This document shows, piece by piece, positions 52,882-64,000 of a DNA stretch of 64,000 bases. Source of the DNA: the human T2T-CHM13v2.0 reference genome, Homo sapiens. The notes below the pieces were generated by a model that was given only the letters and a program-made list of their open reading frames with translations, did no database searches and had not been told where the DNA came from. The position numbers and the translations under genes are program-made. Every line of letters begins with the position of its first letter. The stretch's first letter is position 1. The stretch lies in NCBI RefSeq assembly GCF_009914755.1, contig NC_060947.1; one strand, given 5' to 3'.

Positions 52882-53589
52882 TGTATGAGTCTGTTCTCAC
52901 ATTGCTATAAAGAACTACCTGAGACTGGGTAATTTATGAATAAAAGAGGTTTAATTGACTCACAGTATTCCACAGGCTGTACAGGAAGCATGGCTGGGAG
53001 GCCTCAGAAAACTTACAATCACGGTGGAAGGTGAAGGGGAAGCAAGCACGTCTTATGATGGTGGAGTAGGAGAGAGAGAGCAAAGGGGGAAATGCTACAC
53101 ACTTTCTTTCTTTCTTTCTTTCTTTTTTTTGAGATGGAGTCTCGCTCTTGCTGCTCAGGCTGGAGTGCAATGGCCCCCGATCTCGGCTCACTGCAACCTC
53201 CGCCTCCCGGGTTCAAGCGATTCTCCTGCCTCAGCCTCCCAAGTAGCTGGGATTATGGTGGTGTGCGCCACCATGCCCGGCTAATTTTGTATTTTTAGTA
53301 GAGACGGGGTTTTGCCATGTTGGCCAGGCTGGTTTCAAACCCCTGACCTCATGTGATCTGCCTGCCTCGGCCTCCCAAAGTGCTGGGATTATAGGCATGA
53401 GCCACCACGCCTGGCCCAGTGCCACACACTTTCAAACAACCAGATATCATGAGAACTCACTATCTCGAGAACAGCAAGGGAGAAATCTGCGCCCATATTC
53501 CAATCACTTCCCACCAGGTCCCTCCTACAATATCAGGAATTACAATTCAACATGACATTTGGGTGGGGACACAAAGCCAAACCATATCA
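52882..53589 (-). mobile_element. MST/THE1-family MaLR solo LTR interrupted by an Alu
   Basis: tgtatgagtctgttctcacattgctataaagaactacctgagactgggtaattt...ccaaaccatatca; 5-bp TSD ACCTT (52877-52881 / 53590-53594). Confidence 0.92.
53107..53416 (-). mobile_element. AluS-like element inside the LTR
   Basis: Antisense dimer; TSD tgctacacactttc / tgccacacactttc. Confidence 0.95.
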
Positions 53590-53646
53590 ACCTTCCTGTT
53601 CACATCTAAAGGTCCAAAAGGAGTCTCAGGCTGTGACTGGATCTCC

Positions 53647-54344
53647 ACTGATTCACCACGGAAGCTTAACCCAATCTTGGCTCCTGAATATTCCCAGATA
53701 CCCTCAAAAGAAAACTCTCAGGAAAACACCACACCTCCTCATTCATCCTCCTCAGAAATGCTGAGAGAGGGCCTCAGTAACTTGACCCTCCAACAGAAAG
53801 TCTGTCCCCAGAGCAGGACAGTGAAGATAAAATCCAACAAAAGAGGCCATTAGATGAAACATTGTTACTTTGAATCCTTACTCAGCATTTATATTATCAG
53901 AATCAATTGATATTTAATTTTGAATATCATCATTTTATGAATTGTTCTTTGAACCTTAGAGTGAGGAAACCACCCTCTCATCCTTCCTCCTCAGGAATGC
54001 CAGTTAAGGGCTTCAGTAACTTGACCATCAGCCCTACTACTAACTAACTACAGTTTCCCTGTACTAGAAGAGCTATTTCAACAGCAGGACTTAGAAAAGA
54101 TCCAACGAAAAAGGCAGCAGAAATGGGACTTGCTGTTTCTCCCCAAAAGAGAACTCTGAGGGGGCCTGAGATTTGGAGTTAAAGATTTGTCTTGCTCATA
54201 AGATGGAGATCAGACTGTATACAGGTATGGGTGTCCATATCCCATTGCAAAAATAACTTCCCAGGTACTGAAAATGATGAAGAATCCGCAAGGAGCAACA
54301 AGATGCAGAATTATGCCAAGGAATCTTACTGGCAGCAGGTTTGA
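53647..54344 (+). pseudogene. Decayed intronless DPPA3(STELLA)/FAM156-family pseudogene with two internal repeats
   Basis: Stitched translation: TDSPRKLNPILAPEYSQIPSKENSQENTTPPHSSSSEMLREGLSNLTL / PTESLSPEQDSEDKIQQKR...QNQLIFNFEYHHFMNCSLNLRVRKPPSHPSSSGMPVKGFSNLTISPTTN* / PVLEELFQQQDLEKIQRKRQQKWDLLF...YRYGCPY / ...NYAKES. Matches recalled DPPA3 and FAM156A motifs. No ATG, three frameshifts, several stops. Confidence 0.72.
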
Positions 54345-55070
54345 GTCAACATCAGTGCCAGTACCAAAACTTTCCACTAGCAATCTTAGGATCACTATGG
54401 GGAAAGCTGCTAGGTTTCTGAAATTGAAGCTTTTTCTCTCCTCAGATGTCTTTCTCCCTTCCATGTTATCTACAATTTAAAGTTATCTACAGAGCTCGGA
54501 TGCCTCTTGGATTGTAATGTGCTTTTTTCCATTTCATGGATTGACCATCCTTTGGCACATCACATGTGTATATTCAGATCGTAAACTCAATAATGAGATG
54601 AAACCGAGCATTATGAGTATGAAGCAGAAGATTGTTGGGGCAAAGGGATGTGGAAATCGATGTTAGTGATTTTACACTGTATCGTTAGGTGACACACAAT
54701 TGCAATAAGGTAAATCTTCTGCTCCATACCAGTCATCTTTCCATTTTCAGCACCAAATGGATGTGTTTAAAGGAACGTGTCATTAAAGTTCAGTTTTGCT
54801 AAAAAAGAAAGTGGCGGGAGCCCTGCACACATACCTGAGACCCACCAAAGTGCAAGCCCCCTCCTCCTTGTTGCTTCTCCCTGCCCAGGGTTCCTGCCTT
54901 GCCCACCCCAGCACTCATTGCATTGCTTCAATGTGCTTTTCCAGTGATAAGAAGGAAAGTGGCACTATTGCTTGTTCTCCAAATCATCCCTGAGGCAAGG
55001 GTGCCTGAAGAAGCCAGGCTAGGCTCCTTGCTTGAAGAAATTGGAGGTGAAGATAACGTGGCAAGACACA

Positions 55071-55072
<2 letters not shown>

Positions 55073-55102
<30 letters not shown>
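55073..55102. repeat. (CA)15 microsatellite
   Basis: Directly visible. Confidence 0.97.
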
Positions 55103-55105
<3 letters not shown>

Positions 55106-55959
55106 TGATATCTTTATAAGAGTTCTTGCCACCTGTGGTAACACAGTCTGCCCATCAGGAAGAGGGTACCCAAGGCTGTTACCAGAGGTTGTCCCTGGGT
55201 GGGGGAAGTGGGGTCCCAATTTACTGTCGTGCGTTCCTGAAATTGGGGCACTCTGCCCTTCCCCGCCCCGGCCCTGCACCCAGAAGGTTTTATTTGTCCC
55301 AGAGTTAGCTGACCTGGCCCATATCTGAAAGGAGCCCAGGCTGGGCCTTCATGGGGTTATTGATTTCGGCACAAGGCTTTCCAAATCCCAGACTGCAGGA
55401 GGCTTTTACCTACCCTGACCCCATATGCCTGGCTTCAGCTCCAGCCCACAGGCCACCTCCACAAGGACAGGCCAGGTCCGTTTCTTTCCTTCTAAAGTGG
55501 ATTTTTCTCCTCTCTCCACCTCTCTTCCTCTGTAGGGCCACAGGTGGAGGCTTTCCCATTAGAAGATCTGGGAGCCTTGCCATGACTGCTGAAGCATCTG
55601 CTGGTTTTCTGTAAATTGAAATCTTCTGGCCACTGAAGATGTGAGGCACGTGGCACAAAGCCTTCTGTGGAAATGCAGCACCACACTCAATAATGTGGCC
55701 CACGGTCAGCAACAAATGAGGAAATGTGTGGCCCTTTCAAAGTGTCATGCAGAGCGCTGGCCTGCCCTGCATGCTGCCTGCCCAGAGCCCTGCCTCCTTC
55801 TGAGTGGCTGTGGCTGCAAAGCTCCTTTGGGGACAAAGGGAACAGACTTGGCACACTGGCCACTCTGGCCTGCAGACAGCAATGGGAAGACTCGGCAGAG
55901 ACCCAGCTGCCCCAGGGCCTCATGGGACTTGGATGCAGTCTGTGAGTCAAGGGACAGCA

Positions 55960-56880
55960 CAGGGCAGCTGTTAAGCACTGGAGCTCTGGCACCAGAGCCC
56001 CCGGGGTTCACATTATGGAGCCACCACTTGTTAGCTGTGGGACCTTGGGCAGGTCAGCAAACCACTTAGCCTCTCTGTGCCTCGGTTTCTCCATCTGCCA
56101 AATGGAAATAAAAATAGTATTATCTCATAGGGCTGTCGTGAGGAGTAAAAGAATACCTACATTCTTCAAAGGATTAAGCATAGAATTACCACAGGAGGTT
56201 CCGGAGTATATAGCCCAGAGAAATGAAAATAAATGTCTGCAGAGACATGTGCCGGAATGTTCACAGCAGAATGTTCATAAGAGCCAAAAGGTGGAACCCA
56301 CCCAAATGTCCATCGACCGGTGGCTAAATGAACAAAATGTGGTCTATGCATATAATGGAATATTATTCAGCCATTAAAAGGAAGGAAAATCTGACACATG
56401 CTACAACTTTGATGAACCTCGAAAACGTTATGTTAATTGAAAGAAGCCAGACGTGAAAGTCCACACATTTTCAATTTAATTCATTTGAAAGTCCAGAATA
56501 GGCAAATCCATAGAGACAGAAAGGAGATAAGTGGTTACCAGCGGCTGTGGGGCTTGGAGGTACAGGGAGTGATAGCTAAAGTGTACGGGGTTTCTTTTAA
56601 AGATGACAAAAATGTTCTAAGATTGTGGCGGTGGTTGCACAACTCTGTGAATAGACTAAAGACCATTCAATTGTACACTTCAAATGGGTGAATTGTATGT
56701 TATGTGACTTCTATCTCAACAAAACTGTTTCTAAAAAATGGAAAATGTTATGTTGCTTTAAATAAGCTGATCATCAAAAAAATAAAATGAAAGTCCTTTC
56801 CCATCGAATTACATTTTAAATAGAGGAATCAGTACGTGTAAAGCCTGAAGAACAGTGCTCAATAACACTAGCTGTTCTCC
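55960..56880 (+). mobile_element. MIR split by an old L1 3' fragment (~56160-56790)
   Basis: MIR core to ...gtcgtgagga, then L1 text (ttaagcatagaattacca, aatggaatattattcagccattaaaagg, aattgtacacttcaaatgggtgaatt), then the MIR tail gtaaagc...gtgctcaataa. Confidence 0.8.
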
Positions 56881-58035
56881 TCCCCTGTAACACTCACCAT
56901 TATGTGTTGGGCATGTCGTGCAAGTTCACCCATGAGAGGATGTGAATGCAGAGCCCAGGCACCTGGTTCCCCAGCTCTGGGCATGGCCTGGCGCTGGCTG
57001 GGCTGCAAGGAACAAGGTATCAGATGGGAATCTTGGCTCAGAGGGAGCCCCTGGTTTGAGGGGCAGAGGCCCACAAGAGAAGGGAGGGAAATGTGGGTCA
57101 AGGGAGGTTCACCCGAGCACCTGGTTTAGAAACCTTCTCCACATTGGCTAGCATCGAAACCAACTTTTCTGTGCATAGATGACCACATTGACCTCTTTTC
57201 CCCTTGCTTCCTTCTCCAGCTTTCCAGGACCACACCGAGGTTTGTCTGACCCTGGAAGCAGAACTCCCCAAGAGAAGCTGGAGGCCAATGCCAACCCCTC
57301 TCTGCCTCACCATTTTGTTTCCCAGTGACCATGTCCACCTGGTGATGCAAGCGGGACCCTTTGCAGCGTGAGATCATCTCTTGGGTAAGAAGCAAAACAG
57401 GAATTGAGTAGTTCCTCCCAACTCTGGCTGTCAGTCATATGAAACCTGCCTCCTTAAGCAACAGGTCCATTCCTTCTGGGGTCACCAAGTGCCAAGCAGG
57501 GCTGACAGCATGGCCCTTGCTCTTCATCTTCCACTCCCCTTATCTGTTTCTCAGCTTTTGCCTTCCAGACATGGCCTTCCTGGCACCTTTCCAATAGTCT
57601 GTCCCCACCATGCCCAGGGACAAGCCCCACCACCCTCATGCTGTTTTCAGCATGCTGTTTTCAAATATGAGTTCAATGCTTTCATTAGTTGCCTCTTCTT
57701 TTTCTTCTTCACTGGAATAATTTGTAATTGTAAAAACAAAATGTCCTTCCTTGGGCAAAACGTCCCTCTAAAAATTTATTAATGTGTTTTTCTCATTTGC
57801 ATTTCCTTGTGGGTGATATTCTATCCACAACATTCCAGAGGCAATATCCCCTGAAATCTTCCAAAAATAACTAGAAGACTAATAACAGTTACAGGAAGAA
57901 CATAACAACAAAGATAGAATCAGCTTTTGATACCTAAAATAGGATTTGTGTCCACAACCAGAAAAGAGTCTTGAAAGCTAGGCTTTATCTACAGATAAAA
58001 GATAAAAGGTTTTTCTTCTAAATTCCACTGGTTCC

Positions 58036-58730
58036 TGCAATGGTCAGGTTTATGTGTCACCTGGGCCAGGCTCTAGTCCCTGGTGATTTCATCAAACACC
58101 TGTCTAGGTGTTGCTGTGGAGGCATTTCATAGCTGTGGACTTGAAGTGAAGTAGAGACTCATCCTCGATGATGTGGGTGGGCCTCACACAATCAACTGAG
58201 AGGCCTAAAGAGCAAAGACTGAGGTTTCCCAGAGAAGAGGCAATTCTATCCCAAGACTGCAGTGTCAGCTCCTGCCTGAGTCTTGGGCCTGCTCGCCTGC
58301 CCTCCAGATTTCAGACTTGCCAGCCCCACAGTCACATAAACCAGTTTCTTAAAATCTGTCTATCTACCCATCTATCTCTATATTAATATCTATCTATCTA
58401 ATCTCCAGTTGATTCTATTCTTTTCTTCTGGGGAACTCTGACTGATGAGATAGGATTTATTTAATGCTTCGATCTTGAGGCTGAGTTTCCAGCCTGCCTG
58501 CCTGCAAATATTGAACTTGCCTAGCTAGCAATCACATAAGCCACATCACCCAAAACCAGATAAGCTCTTTCTTGTTTTTATATATATTTAACACATATAT
58601 ACACACACATATATGCATACACATACACATGTGTGTATATGTGTGTGTAATATGTGTGCATGTGTGTATATATATATGTCTGTGTGTGTGTGCGTGTGTG
58701 CTTTTCTCTGGTAGAATCCTGACTGGTACA
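58036..58730 (+). mobile_element. MLT2-family LTR pieces with TA/CA/TG low-complexity sequence
   Basis: ttatgtgtcacctgggccaggct, aagactgaggtttcccagagaagaggcaattct and an end at gaatcctgactggtaca. Confidence 0.8.
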
Positions 58731-59010
58731 TTTCCCATTATCACATCAAGAACCAAGCCTACTTATTTATATGTTAGGGTAGCAGAAACTCAGAATATGA
58801 TGAAAAAGAGGTGGAAAGCACTCCCTTTCTCCCCGTCCCTCCCATGCCACTTCAGGCCAAAGGAATAGTAGCAAAAGGGAAAAGTCCCCTGAAGGCTATA
58901 TGTGGATGAGGTGCACATCAGGAAAGTGGTTTCTTCCATCTGAAAACCTAGGAAGAGCCCTGCTTTTGGCTCGGTGCCATGTCCAGGACTGTGAGGATGT
59001 TAAGGCCCAG

Positions 59011-59427
59011 TGTATTGGTCCATTCTCACACTGCTACAAAGAAATACCTGAGACTGGGTAATTTATCAAGAAAACGGGTCTAATAGGCTCATCGTTCCGC
59101 AGGCCGTACAGGAAGCAGAAGCAGCTCCTGCTTCTGAGGAGACCTCAGGAAACTTACAATCATGACGGAAGGTGAAGGGGAAGCAGGCACATCTTACATG
59201 ACTCGAGCAGGAGCAAGAGAGAGGTAGGGAGGTGCCATACACTTTTAAACAACCAGGTCTTGTGAGAACTCACTTACTATACAGTACCAAGGTGTGGGGA
59301 GGTGACAAAACACTCATGAGAACTCCACCCCCATGATCCAATCACCTGCCACCAGGCCCCACCTCCAACACTGGGTATTACAATTCAACGTGAGATTTGG
59401 ATGAGGACACAGAGCCAAACCATATCA
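59011..59427 (-). mobile_element. MSTA-like MaLR solo LTR
   Basis: tgtattggtccattctcacactgctacaaagaaatacctgagactgggtaattt...agagccaaaccatatca; TSD CCCAG. Confidence 0.92.
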
Positions 59428-59529
59428 CCCAGCAATGGCTGGGGAGGGGCTGCAGAACTAGGTGTGCAGAGAAGCCCCCTGGGGAAGCAGTGCAGGGAAG
59501 GGGCACAATGACATCCAGGTATGACTTTT

Positions 59530-59918
59530 TTAAAAAATTTTATTTATTTTCTTTTTTTTAACTTTTATTTTAAGTTCAGGGGTACATGGGCAAGTTTGTA
59601 ACATAGGTAAACTTGTGTCGTGGGGGTTTGTTGTACAGATAATTTCATCACCCAGGTATTAAGCCTAGTACCCATTAGTTATTTTTCCTGATCCTCTCCC
59701 TCCTCCCACCCTCCACCCTCTGAAACACCCCAGTGTCTGTGGTTCCCCTCTATGGGTCCATGTGTTCTCATCGTTTAGCTCCCATTTATAAGTGAGAACA
59801 CGCGATATTTGGTTTTCTGTTCCTGTGTTAGTTTGCTGAGGATAATGGCCTCCAGCTCCATCCATGTCCCTGCAGAGGACACAATCTCATTCTTTTTTAT
59901 GGCTGCATAGTATTCCAA
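59530..59918 (-). mobile_element. L1P 3' end, 5'-truncated
   Basis: acttttattttaagttcaggggtacatg...tagctcccatttataagtgagaacacg...tttttatggctgcatagtattcca. Confidence 0.92.
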
Positions 59919-62900
59919 GGTGAGACTTTTAAAAGGATACCATGGAATTGTCAGTCAGCTTGATTCCTCCAGCAGAGTAGAGACTCCTGAGCAAGAAGAG
60001 AGCCATCATGGGACATACTGAAGCAAATTTTTTCTTTGTACAGGTGAAGAGTTTCATGGGTGAAAATGTACAATCCCACTTAGATACTTGATATATCACA
60101 GCTACCAAACTCAGAGCCTCATGAGTATATGGTCTTCTTTACTTCTCTTGCTAACACTCAAGGGGCAGTACTATGGTGTCTTTTTCACACAGGAGGAAGT
60201 TGGCACTCAGGGATGCAGATCGGCTTGCCCAAGGTCATGTCACTGATAAAGGTGGAGTAGGCTCCCATCCCCCAACTCTTAACTGCTGGGCAGTTTAGCT
60301 GTGGAATAGCCAAAGACGACACCCAGATCCTCTGCTCCCTGAGGCGTAGGCGCTACCACTCAGGATGTCTACCTCCGGGTGTTGCTCAAGAGGCAGAAGA
60401 GATACAGCTACAATGGTGACCACCACTCCCTCATTTAACGATAAAGAAACTGCAAAATGAAGATGCAGGGCCTCAGCAAGAGGACCTTTACATGATCCAT
60501 GACAGGCAGAGACTGCCCCTCCAAGGGAGGGCAACTTCTCTGCCAGGATGTGCTAGATGGGGAGTCGGCAGAAGCACTGCCAAGTGGTCCACCAAACACG
60601 CTGAGCTGCTGCCAGCCCTTGGCCAGGTCAGTCTCTGCCTTGCTCCACCCTGAGATGAATGAGTAGCATCACTAGGCCTGGACCTTCAGAGGCCAGTGCA
60701 GATCCCACCACAGCCTGCCAGGCCTACTGTAGGGACAGCGTTTCCGGGATCATTAGCGTGGGGCCACCAGCTCAATTGGAAGGGGGCTATACAGAAGGCC
60801 CTCAGTAACTTTGACCTATCAGTGGGACAGCCCCAGTTGTCTGCATTCCCGTAGGAGGCTCCACAGATGGAACACACGATAAAGTGCAGCAGGGACTTTA
60901 CCAAGCCCCAGCAGGCCTACTGGCTCCTTACTGTTAAATGCCCTTGCTCAAGGACATCCCAGTTGGACAGAAACTAAGCTGGTATGCACGACCAGTGTGG
61001 GTGGCTCTTTGACTCCTGTTCTAACCCTAACAGGCAATTCTGATGGTGCCTGGCACGCACCCACACAATCACAGTGCAGTGTGGGGAGCGTGCTCGTAAA
61101 TGACAGTAGAGCAGAATGCTGTCAATCAAAAGGGTCGGCTGCAAACCCAGATAGTAGGCAGCACTAGAACATCAGAAACACTCCAGAAAGTCTCCAAAAA
61201 TGCTTCTTTAAGAAGCAGATGTCTGATTTGCCCACAGAGTGGACTGGACCCCTCTGCGATTCTTCCAGGTCCCATTCCTGAATGCCTGGAAGATATGGTG
61301 GCCACACGCTCCAAACCACCAAAGAGATTTGTGTTCTGCTGGGATGAAGCTATGATGAGGACAAAGGCCTCAAACACTTGATGTTGTATTTTTCATTTTA
61401 ATCATTGCCAACATTTTTAAGCATGTAAAATATCACCTGGAAATTCTGAGTGATTTGCCTTTGGACTAAAGTATGTTTTCCCCTGAATTTTCTCTTGATG
61501 CCAGTCCTAGTGCTTGCTGTTTTCTGTGTGCACACCAGGCACTGGGCCACGCATTTTTAATAAGTGCCTGGTAAGGGGGAGGGGGAACTTAGAATACCTT
61601 GCCCCTCTGCCAGCCTCTTGAAGATCCTCAGAGCAGTTTTTTGATCATGGAGGAGTCCCAGGCTTGGCCTTTCTTAGTTCTGGGAAAGCGAGGGGAGAAT
61701 CCCACAGAGTCTGACAAAGGCTGCCTGTCTTCAAAACTCCTGATGCACAAAGCTGAGCTGGGCTAGGCTGGGCTCCAGGTCCCAAGAGAGAGGCTCATAG
61801 GTGCCAGGGACAAGCCACTCAAGGCTTGGGGAGAGGAGAGAAGTAGAGCCTGGGAACCCAGCAGGGGCAGCCCAGGGAGCATTCCGTAATCTCTCTGGAA
61901 TAACCAGAAACAAGCGTGCAGCCAACTGCGGGGCCCCAAAGTCACATTTTCCAAAACAACATCTTCAAGACAGAAGTGTTTTGGCTACTTCTTGATATTT
62001 TACATCTTCTCTGGTGAACAGAGGCCCTGTGGTCCAGTAGAAAGGCTAGAGACTGGGTTTCAATCACAGTTCAGTCCCTTTCTGGCTACGTGATCCTGGG
62101 CAACTTAAGTGACTCGATCAAGGCTTTCCAACTAGGAAGGATCAATCCAACAAGGAAATGTTTGAAACCAGTGCTCTTAATCATGATCCTACATTGCCAA
62201 GCAGTGACACCAGGCTGCTGTGAATGTCCAGTATCCAACTGTGGAGAAGGAACCACTTCTTACACTACATGCCCAGGTCTGGGCTCCTCATCTGGCCAGT
62301 ATTATCTCATTTAATCCCTCAACAGATCTCATTTTACAGAGGAGACACTGGAGCACAGAGATATTAGGCGAATTGGCAAGGTCACACAGCTGAGAAGGAG
62401 CAGAGCCTGGACTCAAAACTGGATCTATCTGGCTCCAGAGCCTATAAGGCAATAACGATAGAGGAGGTGAAGATACATGCTGTAGGTTTCAGCAAACATT
62501 TGTTCATTTGTTCATTCATTCACTCATCAGCAAAATGAGATTATGGAATCAAAAAAGTGTGAGTGCCTACTCTGTTCCAGGAGCAGAGAACAGGCCCCTG
62601 GAGGTCTCAAAACAGAAGAGGAAAGAAAAAAGAAGGTGATCCCACCAATATCTTGGCAGAAACAGGGAGATGGGGTTCAGAGATTTCTGTAAGACAAGAA
62701 ATTGCTGGCCAGACGTCTCTCTATGGGAGCAACGCAGAGGCCTAGAGAGAAGCTGGTGATATTGGGGCACTGTTATCTTCCTGATCTCAAGTCTTCAAGA
62801 ATAAGCAATAGCAGTGACAGCAAGGCCATCCTCAAACCCCTTGGAAAATAGAAACCCAATATCCCTCATAAATCTACCATTAAGGCACTCAAAAATGAAG

Positions 62901-63235
62901 TCTGTGGTGCTAGGATGAGGCCCCGGGGGTAGGACTTGTCTGAAATGCTCTGTGAACCAGGCTTTGCACGGAGAGCAGGATAATCAGACCTTCCTGGCCT
63001 TCTTTCCTGGCCTCATTATCCAGAGTTAACAGTTCTAACAGAGAGGGGAGCAACCCAGAGAGCTGACCCAGGTCAAAAGTAACAAGAGAAATGGAGGAAA
63101 AACAGGTAGAATCTTCTCAAGGGTAGAGTATAGCCCATTTCTTTAGGCTGAGTTGTCTAAGGTGCTCTTCTTTACCTTTCTTTTCTTTCAGTTTGATGGT
63201 AATTGACTCAGATGTTTAAAATATAGGTATTAGGG

Positions 63236-63755
<520 letters not shown>

Positions 63756-64000
63756 CTATTTTGGACCAGGTCAGCACCAAAATGTAGTAGGTGTTGGAGT
63801 AACATTGTAGGCAAGCAAACACGGCCTCAGCCCTCATGGAGGTGATAGTCTGCTGGGGAGATAGGCATTAAACTAAACACTCCCCAGAATGAGTTTGACA
63901 GTACAAGTTTGAACAGTGCTGCAAAGTTGAAATGAGGATACTCTGATGGCATACGACAGAGGTACCTGGCCAGAAGGCAGGGGGAGGTCCGAGAAGATTT

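Noticed and set aside
53419-53853. 144-aa ORF as an intact gene
   Set aside because: GTG start inside the antisense LTR; only residues from 53647 to 53790 match the relic before a frameshift.
52882-59427. Two same-orientation MST-like LTRs as ends of one provirus carrying the STELLA-like relic
   Set aside because: Each LTR has its own 5-bp TSD (ACCTT and CCCAG), so they are independent solo LTRs.
60229-60237. CCAAGGTCA NR5A1/SF-1 motif
   Set aside because: It is part of the ordinary MIR consensus and has no independent support.

Overview
Human-type (primate) genomic DNA, with no prokaryotic features. Positions 1-43.8 kb hold the 3' half of MAMLD1 (CXorf6, Xq28) on the + strand: the end of the large Pro/Gln/Ser-rich exon (1-1146), exons at 3336-3458, 32936-33179 and 39624-39708, and a last exon from 41666 with AATAAA signals at 42986 and 43816. 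The 85-nt exon at 39624 can be read in two frames. Including the 244-nt exon, whose splice donor lies inside a MIR, gives a short C-terminus ending ...ARGTEIRSYGNDP*. Skipping it opens a 356-residue ORF in the last exon that ends in a Mastermind-type acidic motif (DFIEALLK...DEDW...IDDIL). The rest is intronic or intergenic and rich in Alu, MIR, L1, L2, MaLR/ERVL LTRs, DNA transposons and simple repeats. The least expected signal is at ~52.85-54.35 kb: a decayed, intronless, two-repeat relic resembling the DPPA3(STELLA)/FAM156 family, with its 5' UTR split by a MaLR LTR. Family assignments rest on consensus and protein sequences recalled from memory; no search was run. Repeat boundaries are approximate unless a TSD is quoted.
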